DNA of 63,910 nucleotides, filler included, from Octopus bimaculoides (Eukaryota): NCBI RefSeq assembly GCF_001194135.2. It is 6 parts of 6 records of this genome, joined end to end, with 100 filler letters (N's around TTAATTAATTAA, not from the genome) between each part and the next. Parts side by side here need not be neighbours in the genome. Positions count along the whole stretch, not along the records: positions 14,234 to 27,833 come from NC_069008.1; positions 27,934 to 34,435 come from NC_068997.1; 4 more parts are not named here. The stretch is one strand, 5' to 3'. Positions 22,694 through 33,577 of the stretch are shown here, one piece after another (within the stretch, counting starts at the first letter, position 1; every line of letters starts with the position of its first letter). The notes beneath the pieces are model-generated. The model did not search any database. It worked only from the letters and a program-made list of their open reading frames with translations, and was not told the origin of the DNA. Position numbers and translations under genes: made by a program.

Positions 22694-23308
22694 CAGTGAT
22701 TCTCGGCCGTTTTTTAATTTTTTTCACCTATGACATCTTTGATTCCTATTTTGCATGGGTGAACTTTCATAGTCATTCAGTGTTTAAAAAATTCTATTAT
22801 ATTTTCAGAATTAAATATTAGGAATTATATGAAAAAAAAAATTCAAATATTTTGTGTATTGTAACCAGTTTATTGCACATAAATTTTTAACAACAGAATC
22901 TTATATGGACCCTGGTTGAGAACCACTTTGTTGGCACTCCGTGGTTTACGACGTCGAGGGTTCCAGTTGATCCGATCAACGGAACAGCCTGCTCGTGAAA
23001 TTAACGTGCAAGTGGCTGAGCACTCCACAGACACGTGTACCCTTAACGTAGTTCTCGGGAATATTCAGCGTGACACAGTGTGACAAGGCTGACCCTTTGA
23101 ATTACAGGCACAACAGAAACAGGAAGTAAGAGTGAGAGAAAGTTGTGGTGGAAGAGTACAGCAGGGTTCGCCACCATCCCCTGCCGGAGCCTCGTGGGGC
23201 TTTAGGTGTTTTCGCTCAATAAACACTCACAACGCCCGGTCTGGGAATCGAAACCGCGACTCCGCTGCCCTAACCAATGGGCCATTGCGCCGCCACTGAG
23301 AACCATTA
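22694..23308. mobile_element. hAT-like MITE with a perfect 8-bp TSD, interrupted by a SINE
   Basis: Ends cagtgattctc... and ...cctggttgagaacca(c/t)t; atatacat at 22686-22693 and 23309-23316. CAG termini with an 8-bp TSD are hAT hallmarks. Confidence 0.85.
22928..23296 (-). mobile_element. Full-length family A SINE with TSD
   Basis: Minus head gtggcggcgcaatggcccattggttagggcagcgg (A-box-like) and ggtttcgattccc (B-box-like); flanked by tgagaaccact (22917-22927) and tgagaaccatt (23297-23307). Confidence 0.92.
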
Positions 23309-23736
23309 ATATACATAATATTACACAATTTGAAGATATAGCTCTAGCAGATTTCACATGATTTGAACAACAAATTTAATTGTTCATGAAAATTTGGTGT
23401 CCTCTGTATCTTAAACTGTTTCTTTATTCTTTCAGATTTTCAGGTGACATTGGCTTAGAAGAACCATTTACATCAGATCCATTGTCAATATTCATCATGT
23501 TTTAAAGACCAAAGGAAGATGTCATGAAATATAGAAGATAGATATAATCCTGTTTATGTAATATCTAAACTGAGTTAAATATTAACACTTCTTGACTTCA
23601 GTGCCTGGGATATGTTCAGGAAATTTACAAAGGTATTCGCAGTGTCTTCAAATATTGACACAATCACAGCTGCTGGGAGTAAACTATTCAGATGAAACCA
23701 AGATAAAAGTATATTTTGGTGAAAAAACTACAAATA

Positions 23737-24798
23737 ATGGAAAAGGGGGTGGTTTTAACTGGTGAGATATTAAAAGAGATTGGAAAATCATCTTACCCAT
23801 GCGATATTTGTGAAAAGTCATTCTCTCAGAAAAGTAACCTTGTGAAACACCGACGTATTCATACAGGAGAGAAGCCATATCACTGTGAGATTTGTGGCAA
23901 ATCATTCTCTGGAAGTAGTTACTTGACTATACACAAACGTATTCATACAGGGGAGAAGCCATATCAGTGTGATATCTGCGGTAAATCTTTCTCTAGAAGT
24001 AGTGACTTAACTACACACAAACGTATTCATACAGGAGAGAAGCCGTATCAGTGTGACATCTGTAGTAAATCATTCTCTAGAAGTAGTAATTTAACTAAAC
24101 ACAAACGTAGTCATACGGGGGAGAAACCATATCAGTGTAATATCTGCAGTAAATCATTTTGTGGGAGTAGTGAAGTAACAAAACACAAACGTATTCATAC
24201 TGGAGAGAAGCCATATCATTGTGATATCTGTGGTAAATCATTCTCTGGAAATAGTGACTTAAGTACACATAAACATGTTCATACAGGTGAGAAAGCATAT
24301 CACTGTGATGTCTGTGGTAAATCCTTCTCAAGAGCTAGTAACCTGAGTAAACATATACGCGTTCATACAGGGGAGAGGCCATATCATTGTGATACCTGTG
24401 GTAAATCATTCTCTAGATGTAGTAACTTAATTAACCACAAACGTATTCATATGGGCAAGAAACCATATCAGTGTGACATCTGTGGTAAGTCTTTCTTTGG
24501 AAGAAGTGACCTAACAGTACATGAACGTATTCATACAGGTGAGAAACCATATCACTGCGAAGAGTGTGGTAAATCGTTTTCAGGAAGTAGTGCCCTAAGT
24601 AGACACATACGTATTCATACAGGGGAAAGGCTATTTTACTGTGATATATGCAATAAATCATTCTCTCGTAGAAGCGGTTTAACTATACACAAACGTGTTC
24701 ACACAGGTGAGAAGCCATATCACTGTAATTTCTGTGGTAAGTCGTTCACAGAGAAATGTAACTTAGTTATTCATGCACGTATTCATACAGAAAAATAA
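23737..24798 (+). CDS. C2H2 zinc-finger protein ZNF-B, 353 aa, 12 tandem fingers, no recognisable effector domain
   Basis: Open frame from ATG 23737 to TAA 24798; twelve CxxC-x12-HxxxH units with TGEKP-type linkers; short N-terminal leader. Confidence 0.96.
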   Translation: MEKGVVLTGEILKEIGKSSYPCDICEKSFSQKSNLVKHRRIHTGEKPYHCEICGKSFSGSSYLTIHKRIHTGEKPYQCDICGKSFSRSSDLTTHKRIHTGEKPYQCDICSKSFSRSSNLTKHKRSHTGEKPYQCNICSKSFCGSSEVTKHKRIHTGEKPYHCDICGKSFSGNSDLSTHKHVHTGEKAYHCDVCGKSFSRASNLSKHIRVHTGERPYHCDTCGKSFSRCSNLINHKRIHMGKKPYQCDICGKSFFGRSDLTVHERIHTGEKPYHCEECGKSFSGSSALSRHIRIHTGERLFYCDICNKSFSRRSGLTIHKRVHTGEKPYHCNFCGKSFTEKCNLVIHARIHTEK

Positions 24799-25091
24799 CT
24801 CTTTTACTCTTTTACTTGTTTCAGTCATTTGACTGTGGCCATGCTGGAGCACCACCTTTAGTCGAGTAAATCGACCCCAGGACTTATTCTTTGGATGCCT
24901 AGTGCTTATTCTATCGGTCTCTTTTGCCGAACCGCTAAGTTATGGGGATGTAAACACACAAGCATCGGTTGTCAAGCGATGTTGGGGGGACAAACACAGA
25001 CATACATATATACGACAGGCTTCTTTCAGTTTCCGTCTACCAAATCCACTCACAAGGCTTTGGTCAGCCTGAGGCTATAGTAGAAGACACT
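24798..25091 (-). mobile_element. Family B SINE whose 3' tail abuts the ZNF-B stop codon
   Basis: actcttttactcttttacttgtttcagtc begins at the last base of the TAA; rest matches 57815-58185. Confidence 0.9.
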
Positions 25092-26606
25092 NNNNNNNNN
25101 NNNNNNNNNNNNNNNNNNNNNNNNNNNNNNNNNNNNNNNNNNNNNNNNNNNNNNNNNNNNNNNNNNNNNNNNNNNNNNNNNNNNNNNNNNNNNNNNNNNN
25201 NNNNNNNNNNNNNNNNNNNNNNNNNNNNNNNNNNNNNNNNNNNNNNNNNNNNNNNNNNNNNNNNNNNNNNNNNNNNNNNNNNNNNNNNNNNNNNNNNNNN
25301 NNNNNNNNNNNNNNNNNNNNNNNNNNNNNNNNNNNNNNNNNNNNNNNNNNNNNNNNNNNNNNNNNNNNNNNNNNNNNNNNNNNNNNNNNNNNNNNNNNNN
25401 NNNNNNNNNNNNNNNNNNNNNNNNNNNNNNNNNNNNNNNNNNNNNNNNNNNNNNNNNNNNNNNNNNNNNNNNNNNNNNNNNNNNNNNNNNNNNNNNNNNN
25501 NNNNNNNNNNNNNNNNNNNNNNNNNNNNNNNNNNTTTCACCCATTACCTACAAGTGATCTCATATGAGATCACTTAAAAATTACAAATTTCGTAATTATC
25601 TGTCAATATTTACACACATCTAACCTTTTTGCTATATCTACTAGGTATATTTCTCTGATATTCAAATGAGGTTTGCTAATCTTTCAACCAATATCTCACT
25701 TATTTCTATTTAAAATGTTATTTTGATCATTCCAGCGTGTTTCTAAGGCTGTTTTATGCTAGAAATCAAAGTTTCATAAAAAAAAATTCCAGTTAATAGA
25801 ATTATGGGAGGTAATGGGTTAACATTGTTCCTCCTATAAGAAAAATATATCAATGCAAATATATCAACATTCAAAAGAATATGTAGCAGTGTAATGATAA
25901 ATCTCTCCTAATGCTATTTTCTGTTATAACACTTTCAGGATAATGATTTTAACATTAGTTTGGATTTATGTTCAAGTTTTATTATTTATTTTGGTTCCAA
26001 ATTCTGGTACAAGGCCAGCCATTTCGGTGGAGAAGTTAAGTTGATTACCTTGACTCCAGTTTTCAACTCATACTTATTTTATCGCCACAGAATTCAAATT
26101 CGGAATGTAGCAACAAATGAAATGTCGCTAAGCATTTACCCTGGTGCACTCAAGCAAGCTTGCTACCTAATTGTTTTTGTTTTTTTTTCCTATTCCTATT
26201 ATACAATGTTATGATTTAACAGTAAATTTGCATATGTGAATGTGACAAACTTAATATGAATACAAAGTGGTTGATGTAATTTGTGGAACATTCTTCACCC
26301 ATATTTGAATGGCCATTTATGGACATGTTTTGTTATAAAAGAAGCCAAATTTTCTCATCGTCTGACATTTCAACTGCAATGGCCAGAATATTTAGTTTTT
26401 ACATCATTTCTAGTTTATCCTTGAATTCTTCTTTTGTCATATTTACATGTAGAACACCTAATGAAATCATGTGTTGATCCAGTTATAAACTATAAAATTC
26501 ACACATTTAGTATTATTTCATATAAATACTAGAAATTAGAAGTTATCATGCAGTGAATGAGAGATGGACAAGAGGATAATCTTGTATATTAAATGATAAT
26601 GATGGT

Positions 26607-26631
26607 GGTTAGGGTTAGGGTTAGGGTTTAG
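26607..26631 (+). repeat. Short interstitial (TTAGGG)n-like tract
   Basis: ggttagggttagggttagggtttag. Confidence 0.8.
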
Positions 26632-26679
26632 TCAGTAGTTGGTGTAGCCAGATGTTTGATTGCAGCATCAGATATTGAT

Positions 26680-27099
26680 GAAAATCAGAATTGATGGGAA
26701 AATAGCTGTGAAACATTTGAGCTATAAAACATTTGAAAGAAATAATTGATAAAAAATGAAACAAGAAAATAAACGTATTGTTCTGAGAAGAGAAAACTAT
26801 TGAAACAATGGCTAATGTTACAGACTTGAAGGATTGATTTATTATTTTGTTGAAGTGATGAAAAAAAGAGACTGAAAAATCCTCATACCATTGTGGTATC
26901 TGTCAAAAATCATTTTCTATGGAAAGTAACCTCATTAAACATAAATATATTAACAGAGGTGAGAAATCATATCGCTGTGATTACATGGGAAAGGCATGCC
27001 ATACCTGTGTTGTAAAACAAGATACACAGTGTTTGTGAAAGTTTATTCTATGAGAAGTTATATAATCATCAATGTATTCACAAAGGAAAGAAAATATAA
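26680..27099 (+). pseudogene. ZNF-C: frameshifted, internally deleted inverted paralogue of ZNF-A
   Basis: About 300 bp of high identity to the reverse complement of about 16420-16720; an extra A after the ATG (26858) gives TGA at 26873-26875; shifted frame ETEKSSYHCGICQKSFSMESNLIKHKYINRGEKSYRCD; last-finger remnant HQCIHKGKKI*. Confidence 0.88.
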
Positions 27100-27539
27100 T
27101 GCTATTTTACATATAACTACTACTATGATGACATAAGTGTGGTAATTTCTACTGTAATATTTGTAATAAAAATAATTTATTCACTATGTTTGTATGTCTT
27201 TCATTACGCCTGCCCCACTCTTCCACACCTGTTCTTGCAAATTACCCAACATCATGTCACTTTTATCCTACATTGTATATTGTCTAAAATATCGAATGAA
27301 TGAATGACTTACATCAATGTAATATGAGTTTTCACCGGGCGTTCGTCTGCATGAAGACCTTTCATTATTTAGAAACTCTACTGTTTCTTTTTTTTTCTTC
27401 TGAAAATTACATATGTTGTGTGTAACATCGAATTTTAAGTTTTACATTATATAGTACAGAGGTTGCAGGGGCTTAGTGCCAGCCCTGCTGTAAACAAACT
27501 TATGGTTTAGGGTTAGTATTTAGTGAATCTCCTTCATTG

Positions 27540-27833
27540 GACACGAAACTCAGCTTGCGAAGACTTATTGGGGCAAGCGAAATCGGGATGGCACCTGTGC
27601 CCAGCGTCGCCTTTCTGGCACTTGTGCCCATGGCATGTGTAATGGACTTTCGAGCGAGATCGTTGCCAGTGCCCTGAACTGGCTCTTGTGCAGGTGGCAC
27701 ATAAAATACACCATTTCGAGCGTGGCCATTGCCAGTACCGCCTGACTGCATAAAAGCACCCACTACACTCTCAGAGTGGTTGGCGTTAGGAAGGGCATCC
27801 AGCTGTAGAAACTCTGCCAGATCTGATTGAGCC
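27540..27833 (+). mobile_element. Interspersed repeat, SINE-like 3' part (a second piece at 16020-16083)
   Basis: ctggctcttgtg..ggtggcacataaaa.acaccatttcg is shared with 16043-16083; ends ggttggcgttaggaagggcatccagctgtagaaac. Confidence 0.6.
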
Positions 27834-27933
27834 NNNNNNNNNNNNNNNNNNNNNNNNNNNNNNNNNNNNNNNNNNNNTTAATTAATTAANNNNNNNNNNN
27901 NNNNNNNNNNNNNNNNNNNNNNNNNNNNNNNNN

Positions 27934-27991
<58 letters not shown>

Positions 27992-29077
27992 ATTGGAGAG
28001 TTTCTAATTTTATTATTCAACCCTTTGGCATTCAGATTATTCTGTCAGATGTAATTCTTATTTATTCACATTGTTTTGAATTAATCCTGCATTATCTCAG
28101 TTTTCAAATGTCAGTGATGTGATTGTTTATTGTTAGAATGACATTGCAGGGTAGGTGTGAGAGGCCTGATCTGGTCAGTTTGAACTTAAAACAGGTGGGA
28201 TATTTGGGCTGGATATGGCCAGTTTGGATGCTAAAGGGTTAATTATTCTAGTCATTAAGAATGAATTTCTAGACTTAATTGCAATTTATTAATTCCTTTT
28301 CTTTTCTCAATTCCCACCTTTTGACCAATTGTTGTTTGCTTCTCAATATTTTCTCCACGGAATTACCATTTCTTTATCATAACTGATAGATTTCCAAAGA
28401 AATAGCTATTTATATAACAGTAAACAAAAAAATCTACCTGGCAATATTTTTGATTTTATATTTTATATAACAGACAACGAAATAATTAAGTGAACTAAAC
28501 TCAATGCAAAAATAGACTTTTAGACTGCTGCTGCTGCTGTTTCCTGAAAAAAATGTTGCTTTAGAAAATGTAAATTAATCCGTAACTCTGCTTGATGCTA
28601 ATAATTTTGTTTGATAGATTTGAACTCTGAGACTTTCACTGATCTAGAAATTCTTCATCTTTGGTATGAGAAAAAAAAAAAAAGAACATAACAAAATGAT
28701 ATTAAATTTCAATTACATAGTTATGATTATGTTGTTGAAATGACCAAACTGGTTGAAAAGTATTTGTTCTTGTTTAATCTGGTTACCCATTCCCCACATC
28801 TTGTTATTGGTGGTATCTGTCCTTCTGCCCTATTTGTGTCTATCTTTTCCCTGGTACCATGCCATACCCTGAGAAAGGTCATTATTCCTCTTATTACTTG
28901 ATGAGAGAAAGAGTCGTCAGTGAAGTGCTGGACATGCAGGAAACTCCTGGACAATTGACAGCACTGAGGTTGACTCTTTTGATATGAGAGTAAAAGGAAC
29001 CATTTCATTTACATACAATATCTTTACACCCCCCTCCCCCTCAACTGATCAAGTGCTCTCTTTGTTGAACTTCATGC

Positions 29078-29109
<32 letters not shown>

Positions 29110-30664
29110 TATATAAAGTATATAGCTGTTCCTATGCTAGGAGTTGAACCCTGGCTGCCATATAAGCTAAACAAGAAAATCTGTCAACTAATTTAATGTT
29201 ATGTAGTCCTAGTGAGCTCTACTGAAGTACGTCTATGCTACAGATGTAAGCAGCCAGTCAATAGTATTCTAGCTCTGGTCATCTTGTCTCTAGGATTTAA
29301 ATAATTCCAAGATTAAAAATGCTGTGGGGGCTATCAAAGAGATTGGCCGCATCAATCCAAGTTAAGCAACTGAGTTACAAAGCTCTCTTGTGGGTTTGTA
29401 TCTTGGTTAAAGAGCTCAGATAGGATTTGGCAGTAAACTAAGTGGCTGAGAGTTCAGTCTGGTCTCACATCAGCATTGTGTTGAGGCCATGACATTGAAC
29501 ATTGAAATAACTCATTCCATTTAATCACACAGAGGCCAAAGAGATAAAGACTCCCTGCTGCAAGTAGTAACAGTACCCTAAATATAATTAGGGTTTAGTT
29601 CGCTTGCAGTACTGAGCTCAATTATTATCCAAGTTATGCCTGTTCATGTAGGAATAATTTGGACTGAGATTGCTTCCTACATCTCATTGAATTGCTTTAT
29701 GTTTCATTTCATGAAGATGTGACTGTTTCAAGTGGTACCCCACAAGATATTTTTCTTTAGTGATTCATAAGGCATCCATAGATGCTGAAGTATGGTACGA
29801 TATTGGCATGTATGTTTATGCATGATGCTGCAGTTCACCAGCAAGTTAATAGTAGAGTAGAGACTTGTAGCATAACTCTGGATATTCCCCTCTTTTTATC
29901 TTATATAATAAAACTGTTTCGGTAGCTGTATAATTAAAATATAACTTATTGAGACTCTCTATTGTGTGTATAAATATAAAGAAAGTGTATATCAATTGTA
30001 AAATATTAAAACTAAACTCCATTCACGGATATTATTATACTGCTGTATTTAGTTTTCAACTAAACTTAATTCTTCACACAAACTGATGAAATCTGTGCAG
30101 CAGTTAAAGTTGGGCAAAAGTCTGGGTTTTTTCTTTTGTTTTTTGTTTTTTTGCCCCCCCCCCTCTTATTTTTAATATGTAAAATATGTCACTTTCTCAC
30201 GAAGGGGGCATACAGCCTGGAACGTTTAGTGTTGGGGAGGAAATAGGACGTTATGTCGTTTATCCCTTACCCTGAGGGCGTTAGCGAGGGAAGTGGCTAC
30301 AATTGGAGAATCACAAACGGGTCACAGACTTCAGTTCTTCTTCTTCTCGAGCTTACCTCAGCTCTTTGGTGCTCACACCCCTTTTAAATCTCAATGGTGA
30401 TTCCACACTCTGCATGTTGCATCAATAAATATACATTTTATGTCAAAGAAAAAGAAAATTCCCTGGCTACATTTCAACTGCAGTTTGATAATTTGGAGAC
30501 CAATTAACTCTACTTAATTAAAAAATATTTGTTACATTGTACTGAATCTTATTTTGTATTTGCCAAAGTCACTGTAAGACTACAAACTATAATAAAACAA
30601 AACAAAGATTTCAAAAAAAAAAAATGTATTAATTCATTGTTGTGACTTTTTATTTTTCTCTGCT

Positions 30665-31290
30665 TCGCGGTATTTCGTCTGTCTTTACGTTCTGAGTTCA
30701 AATTTCGGGGGCGATAAATTAAGTACCAGTTGCGTACTGGGTCGATCTAATCGACTGGCCCTCTCCCCCCAAATTTCGGGCCTTGTGCCTAGTGTAGAAA
30801 AATATATTTAAGGCGTCGAGCTGACAGAACCGTTAGCACGCCGGGCGAAATACCTAACGATATTTCGTCTGTCTTTACGTTTTGAGTTCAAATTCCGCCG
30901 ATGTCGACTTTGCCTTTCATCCTTTTGGAGTCAATAAATTGAGTACCAGTTGCGTACTGGATCAATCTAATCGACCCCCAATTTCGGACCTTGTGCCTAG
31001 TGTAGAAAAGATTGTTTTTTTCCTCAAAAGAGTTCATTGTATTGAGTTCAACATTCAGTGACGTGTGTGTGAGTGAAATGACTTTTCAATTTAGGGTTAT
31101 TGTTAAGGTGTTGAGCTGGCAGATTCTTTGAATGGCCGAGCACAATGCTTAACAACATCTCGTCCGCTTCAAATTCCGCCGAGGTTGACTTTGCCTTTCC
31201 TTTCAACCTTTCAGAGTCGATAAAATAAGTACCAGTCGAATACTGGGGTTAATGTAACAACTTATCCCTTCCTTTGAAATTGCTGGCTTT
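30665..31290 (+). mobile_element. Three head-to-tail family C SINE copies
   Basis: gagttcaaattccgccga.gt.gactttgcctttcatcc...gtaccagt repeated at about 30666-30800, 30810-31010 and 31113-31290. Confidence 0.85.
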
Positions 31291-31326
31291 GTGCCAGAAT
31301 TTGAAGTGGATTTAAGATTATTGCCC

Positions 31327-31668
31327 ATCAAACATCACATTCAAACGCATGGCTGGGAAGTGTTGCCACCCCCGCCGTACTCTCCTGATTTGGCACCAAC
31401 AGATTTCCACCTCTTTCGATCTCTTTCAAATGCTATGCGCGGAGTTTCGTTCAATACTGATGCAGAATTGAGAGCTTGGTTGGATCAATTTTTCGAGTCG
31501 AAATCAGGTGATTTCTACCAAAGAAGTATTGAGAATCTTATTGAACGTTGGGGAGAAGTTGTAAACAAGGGTGAATATATTATTGATTAATTAGTTATTT
31601 TTTATTAAACCTTTTAAAAAAATTGAATTAAAAAAACAAACGGCGGGAACTTAGTTGCCAACCCAATA
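31327..31668 (+). mobile_element. Mariner transposase C-terminal fragment with 3' TIR
   Basis: GWEVLPPPPYSPDLAPTDFHLFRSL (the YSPDLAPxD catalytic motif) to a natural stop at 31590; terminus cgggaacttagttgccaacccaaTA. Confidence 0.92.
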
Positions 31669-31845
31669 ATATGCCCGTGCGTCTTTTATGCAAAGAGTAA
31701 AAGGAAGCTAGACAAAGAAACATAGGACATGATAAAGAGAGAATGAAAGTGAGATGTATCAGGAGGAAAGAAAGAAACGCAAATCGTGTAGCAATATTAA
31801 TTGAGCTTTTTAATTAATTTCGCTGTAATTTGAAAGGCCTGTCCA

Positions 31846-32045
31846 TCATTTGTAATCAGTATTGCAGACAACTTCTATCCTTGGTACGGCGCATATTCCA
31901 TCCGGGCATTTAGTGACGCTACTTCCTTGGACCAACGCTTGCAAAATAACGTTCAGAGTCAACTGGATGAATTTACATTGCGATTCATCGCTTATATAAT
32001 CGGATGGTATCTCCAGTACTATGCTGTCTGTGACTATCTTTTTGC
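31846..32045 (-). CDS. Putative terminal coding exon of the chitin-binding protein (Cys-containing module)
   Basis: Strong acceptor ttttattttatatttccacag (AG at 32047-32046); phase 1 matches the donor at 33577; open to TGA: GKKIVTDSIVLEIPSDYISDESQCKFIQLTLNVILQALVQGSSVTKCPDGICAVPRIEVVCNTDYK*. Confidence 0.6.
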
Positions 32046-33577
32046 CTGTGGAAATATAAAATAAAAGCGTTCTTTCACTGACACACACATGCATTACGAA
32101 TTAACAAGAGTTGTTAAAATGTGGCTTAGAATACCTTGCGTTACTTGAGTTCAAATCCTGAAGTCAAGTTTGTTTTTCATCCTTCAAAGATTAATAAAGT
32201 ACCAATCGAGTACTGGGGGCGATTCTTTTCTCTCGGAATCGGCTAAGTTTGGATTGTGGGAAGGGTCATTGGCGGAATGGGAATGGTCGATCACAGTTAA
32301 CTATTTTCCAAAAACAGAAAATGGTTGAAGGACCAGCAAGGTACTCTCATATAAAAATTGATGTGTTATTTGGAACCGTCAATGGATAGACCGAGATCGA
32401 TGTGCACCAGAGCACAAATATAATCTGGGTGGAATATATTTGGCAGTCTAGTGCTAGATATGCTCTGACAGGAAATGAGACAGAATGACCACGACTAGAT
32501 CGCCTTGGAACATAAGACAGCTCATTCAGAACAGACAGTTTACCACAACCACCACCACTATCAACCATGAAACTCGCTTAAAGCTGGGTGGATTCAGCTG
32601 TTGAAAACTGAATGTTTTGATCACAGAACGCAACACTATTTCAAAATACGTGCAGCCAATCTGTCGGTTGTTTTCGTCGGCATTCTATCAAACTCACCGT
32701 CTGCTTTCTAATTGCTACATTACACACAAGATAACAGTTTTTATAAAGGAATCTCTCGTCACTTGTTAATTATGAAACTATAAGTCTGGTATTGAAGTTA
32801 ATGTCTTTAAAGAAATGATGAAGAATTGTCGGAGAAAAGTACCAAACAAAACAAATTTGCGGCAACGGGTATGTAGTATTTATGCACGAGAAGATTGTAT
32901 CCGGTAGACTCTGCCTAAAAACCTTTCATGGCTCAGTGACGAGAAAGGCAACTGCAGCAACGCATTGTGGAGTCTTGGGAGTAAGACGAGGCAAGTAAGA
33001 CATCTGAGTCATTCCCTGCATCCGTCTCTATCTTCAGTCGTCTTGACCTGGTCTTATCACTGGAGGGAAGATGGTCACGGATCGGATGAGAGAGTAAAGT
33101 TGACGCATAATTCTTCATTTAAACAAAGACGATGCGCAAGTCATCAGTCATCAGTCATCCTTCGAAAATGACTAAATGGCCATTGTCGTCCCAACGGACA
33201 AACACGTAGAGTAGAAATATAGTCAACTGTGATATAATGTTGTTTCAATAATTTGATACGTCAAGCGCAAGTCTCAAGATCACAGCTTGGTCATTGTATA
33301 AAACTGACCTCCCGGTTATATTTCAACACCGAAATTCGGTTATAACCCAAGACACCAACTTGTTTACGTCTCAAGATCACAATTTGATTGACTTAATATT
33401 TCAGCTAAGTTATAACTCAATGTCACAAATCTGTTTGAACTGTCCCTTTAAGAAGATTTTAGTACTGGCCAGATACCTTACAGCATTCTTGACAGCGTAC
33501 GTTCTTTCTTGTCTCAGAAAGAAATCTATTTCAAAGGAATAATAAAACAACATATAAAGAACAATTGAAATACACAC

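Noticed and set aside
23230-23296. tRNA genes suggested by A-box/B-box motifs (also 50000-50037, 58120-58185)
   Set aside because: These are SINE heads: no full cloverleaf, and each continues into a repeat body with TSDs or tails.
29740-29860. Faint CR1/L2-type RT motifs (SGTPQ..., MHDAAV)
   Set aside because: Too degraded to call without a profile search.
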